From Octopus sinensis (Eukaryota), in contig NW_021824962.1 of NCBI RefSeq assembly GCF_006345805.1, positions 1 to 17,044 on the forward strand: a stretch of 17,044 nucleotides of DNA. Direction: 5' to 3'. Position numbers and translations under genes: made by a program. Below, one piece after another: positions 9,061-17,044 of the stretch (the first letter of the stretch is position 1; each line of letters begins with the position of its first letter). The notes under the pieces were generated by a model. It made no database searches. It was given only the letters and a program-made list of their open reading frames with translations, and had not been told where the DNA came from.

Positions 9061-9945
9061 TATTTCAAAAATTTTGCCATAAAGGCATGATACAGAGTAG
9101 CTTGCGCGCTTGACAAAGACATTGATGAGATGAATGATGATAAGGATGATATAAATGGGAGAAGACAAAAAACGCCCGCCAATTTTCTGCTTCTCTAAAA
9201 CATTATACTCTTCTCTTTTTCCACAGAAAAAGACAAAACGAGGTAATGAACCTCTTACTTCAGTTTTACAAATTTTGGGACTTATAATCCATTTAAGAAT
9301 TGGGGCGTTAAGCCTCTTAAACACAATAACATGCAATAAACATTAAACATTATAACACTGAGGCTTTTCCACCTCTTGTCGTTATTCCGCCCCAACATCG
9401 CTTGTGCCCGTATACTCCACCATCCCCCACGCCACATTGAAGACCAAGGCGGGATCCGAGCCGGCATCACCCGGCCACAAGCGATATTCCTCATTGAGTC
9501 CCTGCAGCCTAAATCCCACAGACACCGATTTGACCTCCACAGCTATCTGCGGAGGCCATTCGGGATCCTGTGTGAAGATTAAAGGTACTCCCTTATGGTG
9601 CTTTTCCACCACCTCTTCTACCTTTCCGCCTCTGTAAAAGAAGACCAATAGTTCCTCTTCCTCCGGGTTCGAGGTAGTCAATTCTACCGTTGGCGGCACA
9701 GTTCCCCCCAACGGTGTCTCTTCCCCTGCCGGTGGCACAACCCCTACCAGCAAGGTTCCGGGACATTCCGGTGCTATGTCACCGACTGCCGGCAACGTCC
9801 CGTTTCTCTTCCTCTTCCTCTTTTGCCCTTTCAACTGAGGGAAGGTGCGTCTCCTCCATTACCGGGAGATTCACCTCCCCTCCCTCATCCTCAGGATCCT
9901 TCGGTGAGCACCCATTGCTGCTCACCTTCGTTCCCTCTTTTACTG
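9059..9945 (-). mobile_element. 5'-truncated retroposed element with an ORF and ~320-bp 3' UTR; possibly an ORF1-only (HAL1-like) L1/Tx1 derivative
   Basis: GC-rich, CpG-retaining coding-like segment, a stop at 9382-9384, then an AT-rich UTR ending gcctttatggcaaaattttgAAATAAA. No EN or RT motif downstream of the ORF. Confidence 0.55.
9382..9834 (-). CDS. 150-codon open frame with no ATG start: KRKRKR basic patch, Pro/Glu-rich linker and a ~90-aa globular-looking C-terminus; probable C-terminal part of a retroelement ORF1-like protein
   Basis: Non-repetitive, stop-free and compositionally distinct from its flanks. An overlapping upstream frame (9779-9945: KEGTKVSSNG..PEDEGGEV) suggests a frameshifted extension. 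Confidence 0.45.
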   Translation of the reverse strand: MKGQKRKRKRNGTLPAVGDIAPECPGTLLVGVVPPAGEETPLGGTVPPTVELTTSNPEEEELLVFFYRGGKVEEVVEKHHKGVPLIFTQDPEWPPQIAVEVKSVSVGFRLQGLNEEYRLWPGDAGSDPALVFNVAWGMVEYTGTSDVGAE

Positions 9946-10149
9946 CCCTCGAGGGGCTAAACATAGAGGGGACAAACAAGGACAAAGAGATCAAGTCCAT
10001 TACATCGACCCCACTGCGTAACTGGTACTTATTTAATCGACCCCGAATGGATGAAAGGTAAAGTCGACCTCGGCGAAATTTGAACTCAGAACGCAGCGGC
10101 TGACGAAATACCACAAGGCACATCACCCGGCGTGCTAACGTTTCTGCCA
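9940..10149 (-). mobile_element. SINE family B monomer, tail fused to the 9059-9945 element
   Basis: tggcagaaacgttagcacgccggg..gagttcaaatttcgccgaggtcgactttacctttcatccattcggggtcg..gtccttgtttgtcccctctatgtttagcccct, matching 15733-15925. Confidence 0.9.
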
Positions 10150-10150
10150 C

Positions 10151-10520
10151 AAAATATCAAGGAACTACATTCCAATGTGGCATAACCATGTTACTACGTT
10201 AATATACAATATAATTCCGGGTCATCCTCTAACGCTGCGGATGCCCGGTTTCGAATGGACTCATCCAAATTTGTGAATGAAAATGACACCGTGTTTGAAC
10301 CAGAAATACACCCGGAAAAGACTTCCTGAAGAAGAAAATATTATTCGATTCGGAAAGGAATATATCTTGGCAATTTTTACCTGATAAAAATGGAATGTGT
10401 AGAAGAGGTGGCAGATATTGAGAACATAGGTTTTAATACAAGAAATATTTTTCGGAGCATTTCCATCAAAATTATCGCCAAGTGAAATAAGTAAAAATTC
10501 CTCACTGCCGTTTGAGATAG
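10151..10520 (+). pseudogene. R4-like C-terminal (endonuclease-region) fragment
   Basis: KISRNYIPMWHNHVTTLIYNII (an RHDxV-type motif) at the start and ENIGFNTR..RSISIKII near the end, like the C-terminus of R4-clade ORFs. Heavily decayed. Confidence 0.45.
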
Positions 10521-10555
10521 AAGAGAAAAATTATGCACGAGAAAAATTATGTACG

Positions 10556-11032
10556 AGAAGAAGAAGAAGAAGAAGAAGAAGAAGAAGAAGAAGAAGAGAA
10601 GAAGAAGAAGAAGAAGAAGAAGAGGAGGAGGAGGAGGAGGAGAAAGAAGTTGAAGAAGAGGAGAAAGAAGAAGAAGAAGAAGAAGAAGAAGAAGAAAAAG
10701 AAGAAGAAGAAGAAGAAGAAGAGAAAGAAGATCGAGGTGGAGGAGGAAGGGTGAAGAAGGAGAGAAGGAGGAGGGGGGAGAAGGAGGAAGTGGAGGAGAG
10801 AAGAAGAAGAAGAAGAAGAGAAAGAAGAACGAGGAGGAGAAGGAAGGGTGAAGAAGGAGTAGAGAAGGAGAAGGGGGTTGAAGAAGAAAGAAGAGAAGAA
10901 GAAGCAGGAGGAGGAGGGAGGAAAGAAGAAGAACGAAGAGGAGGAAGGGGGAAGAAGGAAGAAGTGGAGGAGAGAAGAAGAAAGAAGAAGAAGAAGAAGA
11001 AGAAGAAGAAGAAGAAGAAGAAGAAGAAGAAG

Positions 11033-11062
<30 letters not shown>
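10556..11062. repeat. ~500-bp (GAA)n/(GGA)n polypurine microsatellite
   Basis: Direct repeat, almost no pyrimidines on the + strand. Confidence 0.97.
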
Positions 11063-11063
<1 letters not shown>

Positions 11064-11069
11064 GATAAT

Positions 11070-11668
11070 AGATGTATACTTGAAGAATGGGAAAAAAAAA
11101 ATCTCACACAGCTGTCAACGTAAAATAACCTGTGATAGAGTCCCACACATTTGGATAGTGAAAAGCCATGAAATCTATAAAAATCTGTTCTATTGTAACA
11201 AATTCCATAAAAGAGAGCGCACGATATTGGAAAACAGTACTAAATCTAAATCCCAATGGAAGGCCACTAACTTCATGATCCATCAACAGCAAAAGTGGTA
11301 TCTTTCATGGAGACTCGCACTCTCCGCCATTTTACTCTATACTGCAACGGCTCCACCGAGCGCTTTATGCAACAATAACAGCAACAACAGCAGGAACAAC
11401 AGTAGCTATGCGTATGAAACAGAAAAAAAAAAAAAAAAGCAAGAAGATAGCAAATAGAGCCATCTGTTTTATATGGATGATCTGCAAACCTCTGCCAGTA
11501 ATAATAACCCGAAGCTGACCTGCGAAACATTATAAAGAACAGAGAGCTGCAACGATGATATTGAAATGGAGTTCGGATTAGATAAATACATTCAAATCAC
11601 GTTTAATAGGCGTAAGCTCACCGTAACATCAAATATATACCTCGACAATTCCACCGAAATGAAGCGGT
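11070..11668 (+). pseudogene. R4/Dong-clade reverse transcriptase pseudogene (copy 2, different subfamily)
   Basis: DRVPHIWIVKSHEIYK; SGIFHGDS; HLFYMDDLQ (YMDD at 11470-11481); NDDIEMEFGLDKY..TFNRRKL. Frameshifted. Confidence 0.88.
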
Positions 11669-11673
11669 TTCAC

Positions 11674-11697
11674 TATGTATATATGTATGTATGTATG

Positions 11698-11728
<31 letters not shown>

Positions 11729-11796
11729 TATGTATGTATGTTCGTATGTATGTATGTATGTATGCGTATATGAATATGTGTGTGTGTGTGTGTGTG

Positions 11797-11863
<67 letters not shown>

Positions 11864-11870
11864 TATATAT
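11674..11870. repeat. (TATG)n/(TG)n/(TA)n microsatellite
   Basis: Direct repeat. Confidence 0.95.
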
Positions 11871-11871
11871 A

Positions 11872-12039
11872 GGTACAGGAGTGTCTGTGTGGTAAGGAGC
11901 TTGCTTTCCAACTACATGATTCCGGCTTCAGTCCCGCTGCGTGCGTGGCATCTTGGGCAAGTGTCTTCTACTATATCCTCGGGCCGACCAAAGCCTTGTG
12001 AGTGGATTTGGTTGACGGAAACTGAAAGAAGCCCGTCGT
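11872..12039 (+). mobile_element. SINE family A, 5' half only
   Basis: ggagtgtctgtgtggtaa..ttcagtccc..cttgggcaagtgtcttctactat..gaaactgaaagaagcccgtcgt. Confidence 0.9.
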
Positions 12040-12522
12040 TTCTCCGTCTTTTTATCGTCTATCTGTCCAAATGTTTCAATGTCCTCTATTGCGTTTTTGT
12101 TCCATTTTTATACTTATATATACATATAGCGGCGTACGTACACCATTGTGCTCACCTTATAGTAGTTATGTATCTAAATTTTGTGCAACTTTTACTCTAT
12201 CTTTTATTGTCCTCCCAATTTTCTTCCTTTTTCTCGCTCCCTCTCTCTCGCATTTCTTGACCCTCTCTTTCTTTAACTCCCACTATTTCCCACTCGTGTA
12301 TCTCCCCAGTACCTTTCTCTTCAACCCCGCAGCCCCTTACCCATCCTCCTCCTTCCACGTGACGGGTGTCCGGCCAGCCAAGATCTTTCTTTCTTGGCCT
12401 GACTGCTGACCACCAACACCTCTTATGTCCACCTCCCATGTTCCTGCCTTTAGGCTTTCACTCCATACACGCCAGCTCAATTTGATTCGTTCTCAGTCAA
12501 AATGCTGCTGATCCTGTTGTTA

Positions 12523-12537
12523 CCACTACTGCTTCTG

Positions 12538-12617
<80 letters not shown>

Positions 12618-12633
12618 ACTGCTACTGCTACTG

Positions 12634-12732
<99 letters not shown>

Positions 12733-12748
12733 TACTACTACTACTATA
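12523..12748. repeat. (CTA)n/(CTG)n compound microsatellite
   Basis: Direct repeat; gives the poly-Leu pseudo-ORF. Confidence 0.96.
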
Positions 12749-13630
12749 CAGGAAAGTACCTGTCTTTAAACCTTTGGCCGGTCAACCCCATCCACACAAC
12801 CTCTTTCTTCACTGCCACCAAGCAGAGTAAGTTCTGTCTTCTTTCTTTGCGAAAAGAAGGTACCGCTTTGATCTTCGCTATACAATCGGGGGACAGCTAA
12901 ATTCGTCTAACGCAGTCGTTCCCAAACATTTTCGTGCTGCCTCCCCTTGGCACCCAGGCCACATTCCTAGCGCCTCCACCCCAACTAACTATCACAAACA
13001 TAGACCTATTTTTGAAGCAAATTCAAAGCAACTGTATTTCACAAATAAAACTTAACCTAATGAACCCATTATTTTTATTGTTTTTACATTAAATGCCACC
13101 CCATTATCGCTCCACTTATCTTCAACGCCCCCTTGGAACTTTCGACTGCCCCCCCCCCCACCGGGGTAGGAGGTGCAATACCGCCCACTTTGGGAACCAC
13201 TGGTCTAACACAAGACAAGACAACAGCTGATCGACAAAGCTTATAAGTTGCCGATACATGGACACACAGCAATGGCATGCAAGGGCAGTTTCATCGCCCT
13301 GCATGCATATTGGACTGGTTCAGTGAGTGGTGTACCCATGCTTGTAAAACTTGTCTCGAACAGGTATTACTCCACCTAACCCCACTGCAGCTCTAACACG
13401 CTGAAGACATTTAGAAACTGTCCAGAGTCTCCGACTTGAAAATCCTCCAGAAGAAAACACTCAAACTGATCTAGTCGATGGCCAGAGTCAGTCCCCAGAT
13501 CATCGTCGCTCCTACTCTCAATTAACCTCCTAAAACAATCTTGAGTTATTTTCCCACTAACGCCTTCGTTCAGCTGGTACAAAGCTATGAGCACCAGGCA
13601 ACACTTTAGATGTTAAACGCCCAATAAATA
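12749..13630 (-). pseudogene. Tx1/L1-clade ORF2 C-terminal remnant (zf-RVT region), interrupted by a hAT MITE
   Basis: Minus strand: CFRRLIESRSDDDLG..GVIPVRDKFYKHG..SPICMQGDETAL(H)..C..FVDQLLS | I*LSPDCIAKIKAVPSFRKE..LLCLVAVKKEVVW. Matches the LPxxD+L..CPxC..ETxxH..C..vW pattern of L1/Tx1 ORF2. Confidence 0.72.
12913..13202. mobile_element. hAT (Charlie-like) MITE
   Basis: TIRs cagtcgttcccaaa / tttgggaaccactg. 8-bp TSD gtctaacg (12905-12912) / gtctaaca (13203-13210). Confidence 0.88.
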
Positions 13631-13646
13631 GAGCAACAAGTGGAAT

Positions 13647-13697
<51 letters not shown>

Positions 13698-14088
13698 AAT
13701 AATAATAATAATAATAATAATAGTGATAATGATAATTTCTTTCACATTTTTTCTTTTATTAGAATTTGGGAGACAATCACAAACAAGCACAAAATGCGTG
13801 TGGGGCAGGGTTACATAAAAAAAAAAGGAATGAAGGAGGGAAATGCAAGAAAAATAAAAGCTAATGGTATGTAGAATAAAGGTTGATGATTATGATGATG
13901 ATGATGACGATGACGACGACGACAATGATGAAGAGAATAATGACCACCTGACAAAGGAAGACTTCTGTCTGGAGCCAGCCGAGGAACCGCGCCAATCCAA
14001 AGATCAGCTTGGACGCCAAGTGCAAGTGCCCTCTCCAGCTGTCGTCCTAATGACAATGACACTACTACTACTACTACTACTACTACTA

Positions 14089-14121
<33 letters not shown>

Positions 14122-14232
14122 GACGACGACGACGACGACGACGACGACAAGAACAAAAGCAACAGCAACAACAACAACTACAACAACAATAATAATGATA
14201 ATAATAATAATAATAATAACAACAACAACAAC

Positions 14233-14276
<44 letters not shown>

Positions 14277-14465
14277 TAATAATAATGATAATAATAATAT
14301 TGATAATAACAATGACAAAATAATTATAACAATATTTTGCTTCTTTTTACGTTATTGAATAATTTGTATTTTTAATATTATTATTATTGTTATCGTCATC
14401 ATCATCATCATCGTCATCATCATCATCATCATCCTGAATATTATCATTGTTATTATTATTAACTA
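13647..14465. repeat. Trinucleotide microsatellite mosaic (CAA, TAA, GAT, GAC, CTA, CAT) with two short unique islands (13737-13880 and 13940-14060)
   Basis: Direct repeats. Confidence 0.9.
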
Positions 14466-14791
14466 CTATTAAATATTAATAACAGTGACAACGAGGTACA
14501 AAAGAAAAAAACAACTACAGTAACAAAAGAGGATGATGATAATGAAGAATAGATTTATGGTTATAACGAGAACTCTATGTGGACATTCCATTTCACATGT
14601 GATTGGTGTTGAAATATTTGTAGCACCAAGTCATCTAAGTGCGTTGACATACATAAATACATTACTCTAACAGAATAGATAAATATTTGTGTCGCTTTTT
14701 GAGAGAGATTGGCATAAACAAACCGTTTGAATTTTCGATGATCTGAATTAATAATCGTCATTAGTGGATCAGCCAATCAGAAATTATAGAG

Positions 14792-14814
14792 GTGTGTGTG
14801 TTTGTGCGTGTGTG

Positions 14815-14855
<41 letters not shown>

Positions 14856-15018
14856 GAGTCTGTGTGTGTATGTGTGTGTGTCTGTTTGTGTGTGTGAGTG
14901 TACATACATTACTACATATACACACACTGACACGATATATATAGAGAGATAGATAGATAGATAGATAGATACATACATACATACATACATACATACATAC
15001 ATACATACATACATACAT
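14792..15018. repeat. (TG)n/(GATA)n/(CATA)n microsatellites
   Basis: Direct repeats. Confidence 0.95.
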
Positions 15019-15219
15019 AGGGAGAATTCAGAAAAAAAAACAAAAGACAAAGACAGGTGGCGTAGACAACAAACAGATGTATTAGTATAACGCTCGGGAA
15101 GTGAAAAAGTCTTTAATGTTTCGAGCCTACGCTCTTCCACAGAAAAGAACACAGAAAGAAACAAGGAGAGAAAATAAGGAATGTGTAGTGGCTAGCGATC
15201 TATCATGGCGAAGGCCGGA
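15019..15219 (-). mobile_element. Penelope-like pseudo-LTR remnant with a degenerate minimal hammerhead ribozyme core (15108-15148)
   Basis: Minus strand tctttt-CTGTGGA-A-GAGC gtag GCTC-GAAAC-att-aaaga: stem II, GAAAC and stem I arms are present; the CUGANGA box is mutated. Confidence 0.5.
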
Positions 15220-15234
15220 TATATACTTTCCTGG

Positions 15235-15282
15235 GTGTGTGTGTATACACACACACATATATACATACATACATATGTATAC

Positions 15283-15375
<93 letters not shown>

Positions 15376-15403
15376 CCTATCTATCTATCCATCCATCTAT
15401 CTA
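15235..15403. repeat. (CA)n/(CATA)n/(ATCT)n microsatellite
   Basis: Direct repeat. Confidence 0.95.
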
Positions 15404-15405
15404 TA

Positions 15406-16445
15406 TAGTACCGTTCAAAAGTTTTCGGCCACTCTGTTGGAAAGTCCTCCTAACACCCAACGTTTAAGGTTGTTTCGCATTGCGTTTTCTACAGATGAAA
15501 CATTGGCCCTGTTGGAGCCATTTATATTTTGTAGAAGGGGTCCTGAATGAGAGGGGGAGAGATACGAGACGACCACCATAAATGGCCGCGCATATGTTTT
15601 TGTCCACCTCACATAAACCAATCTAGTTACACTGTGTTAATAAAAGAAAAATGTCTAGAACGAAAATTTATTACGTATAGTTCATTTCAAGAAGTTACTG
15701 TACATTGTTAATATGTGAGTGGCGAAGGCGGCGAGCAGGCAACAACGTTAGCACGCCGGGCGAAATGCTTAGCAGTATTTCGTCTGCCGTTACGTTCTGA
15801 GTTCAAATTCCGCCGAGGTCGACTTTACCTTTCATCCATTCGGGGTCGATAAATTAAGTACCAGTTACGCACTGGGATCGATGTCCTTGTTTGTCCTCTC
15901 TGTGTTTAGACCCTTGTGAATAGTAAAGAAATAGGTATTTCGTCTGCCGTTACGTTCTGAATTCGACTTTGCTTTTCATCCATTCGAGGTCGATAAATAA
16001 GTACCAGTTATGCACTGGGGTCGATGTAATCGACTTAGTCCTTTTGTCTGTCCTTGTCTGTCCTTTTGTCTGTCCCTCTGAATGTAGCCCCTTGTGGGCA
16101 ATAAAGAAATAAGAAACGTTAGCACGTCGGGCGAAATCGACTTTGCCTTTCATCCTTTCGGAGTCGATAAATTAGGGTCCAGTCGCGTACAGGAGTCGAT
16201 CTAATCGACTGGCCCACTTCCCAAAAATTTCGGGCCTTGTGCTTAGAGTAGAAAAGAATATTTCGTGTGGTTTCTCTTGGCTTGAATAATTGCTTCAATG
16301 CTCCTGGGAAGAGATGCGTACAAATCCTTCACGATCTTCATAGGTACGAGATGTCATTCTCAGTGGTTGAGCAACCACAACTCTTCAAGATTGAGTGAAT
16401 TCTTCTGACGAACTCTTCTCTTTAGTTCTGTCCACCGGTGATGGT
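15406..16445 (-). mobile_element. 3' part of a Tc1 transposon (TIR, 3' UTR, transposase C-terminus) split by a SINE-B trimer
   Basis: TA plus (c>t)agtaccgttcaaaagtttt, a Tc1-like TIR, at 15406. Minus 16445-16258 reads HRWTELKRRVRQKNSLNLEELW..*E*HLVPMKIVKDLYASLPRSIEAIIQAKRNHTKY, the canonical Tc1 C-terminus. The stop TAA lies at 15710-15708. Confidence 0.85.
15725..16260 (+). mobile_element. SINE family B head-to-tail trimer (units ~15725-15932, 15933-16111, 16112-16260)
   Basis: Three copies of cgacttt.c.tttcatcc.ttcg..gtcgataaat. Units 1 and 2 end taaagaaata; unit 3 has a different tail (cccaaaaatttcgggccttgtg). A short aatat repeat flanks it (15710-15714 / 16257-16261). Confidence 0.92.
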
Positions 16446-16499
16446 TGCGATGGTGGTGGTGGTGGTGGCTGCGGCGGCGGCGTCGGCAATGCTGGTTTT

Positions 16500-16712
16500 A
16501 GGTGCTGGCAAAAGCACAAAGACGGGCACACATAAGTACACGTATATATAATGGGATTCCACAGTTTTCATTTTCCGAATCTACTCACAAAGAATTGTTC
16601 AAGCTGGAGACTATAGTGAAAGACCTTGACTCAAGATGCAGCGGAGTAGGATTGAACCTCTTAGCTACGGCTATTCCTACGCAAACGTCTTAACCACACA
16701 GCAACGCCTGCA
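16500..16712 (-). mobile_element. Old, highly diverged SINE-A-related copy
   Basis: aatctactcacaaag..ctatagtgaaagac..ggattgaacc..ttaaccacacagcaacgcctgc aligns loosely to 3960-4095. Confidence 0.65.
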
Positions 16713-16718
16713 CAATTC

Positions 16719-16763
16719 ATCTATCAATCTGTCTATCTATTTGTCTGTCAGCCTATTTGTTTG

Positions 16764-16852
<89 letters not shown>

Positions 16853-17044
16853 TTATCTATACATCTATATGAATGTATGTGTGTATGGGTGTGTGTACAC
16901 ATGTATTTAAATATCTATCTATCTACTTATCTACCTTTATATGTATGTATGTATGTATGCGTGTGTATGTGTTTATGCAAAAATATATATACATACTACA
17001 AATATATATATATATATGCATACTTACATACATACATACATATA
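16719..17044. repeat. (ATCT)n/(TATG)n/(TA)n microsatellites
   Basis: Direct repeats. Confidence 0.93.

Noticed and set aside
10533-11146. Poly-Lys/Glu/Arg/Phe/Leu ORFs
   Set aside because: (GAA)n repeat artefacts.
12502-12900. Signal-peptide-like poly-Leu ORF
   Set aside because: (CTA/CTG)n repeat plus antisense Tx1 sequence.
13763-13866. Plus-strand exon candidate (ttttcttttattag .. gtatgt)
   Set aside because: Contains a poly-A run, gives no recognisable peptide, and such splice-like motifs are common in AT-rich DNA.
13864-14358. 164-aa D/L/Y/N-rich ORF
   Set aside because: Microsatellite mosaic; only the 99-bp island is complex and is reported separately.
15725-16260. Regularly spaced repeats resembling a CRISPR array
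   Set aside because: Units are long homologous SINE monomers with no unique spacers or cas genes, in a eukaryotic context.
1-17044. Uni-strand piRNA-cluster-like orientation bias
   Set aside because: R4 pieces are on +, but Tc1, pogo, Tx1 and the ORF unit are on -, and SINEs are mixed. Not supportable without small-RNA data.

Overview
AT-rich eukaryotic repeat-dense DNA with no intact host gene, rRNA, true tRNA or CRISPR array. The tRNA-derived SINEs resemble families I recall from octopus genomes (inference, not searched). The window holds about four SINE families and long compound microsatellites. It also holds at least seven co-oriented (+) decayed pieces of R4/Dong-clade non-LTR retrotransposons, a Tx1/L1-clade ORF2 remnant, Tc1 and pogo/Tc2 transposase remnants, two hAT MITEs with 8-bp TSDs, a TTAA-flanked MITE, a DINE-1/HINE-like Helentron derivative and a Penelope-like hammerhead remnant. 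Most notable are: (i) a GC-rich ~0.9-kb retroposed unit with an unbroken 150-codon ORF, fused between two SINEs (9059-10149); (ii) GAAATA-tailed elements whose 3' junctions fall inside tRNA-like SINE heads; (iii) a 173-bp inverted local copy of 8628-8800 pasted into a MITE at 4550-4722; (iv) a 77-bp-arm inverted repeat. Nearly all ORFs in the supplied track are microsatellite or SINE artefacts. I found no convincing new biological system beyond these transposon-level hypotheses.
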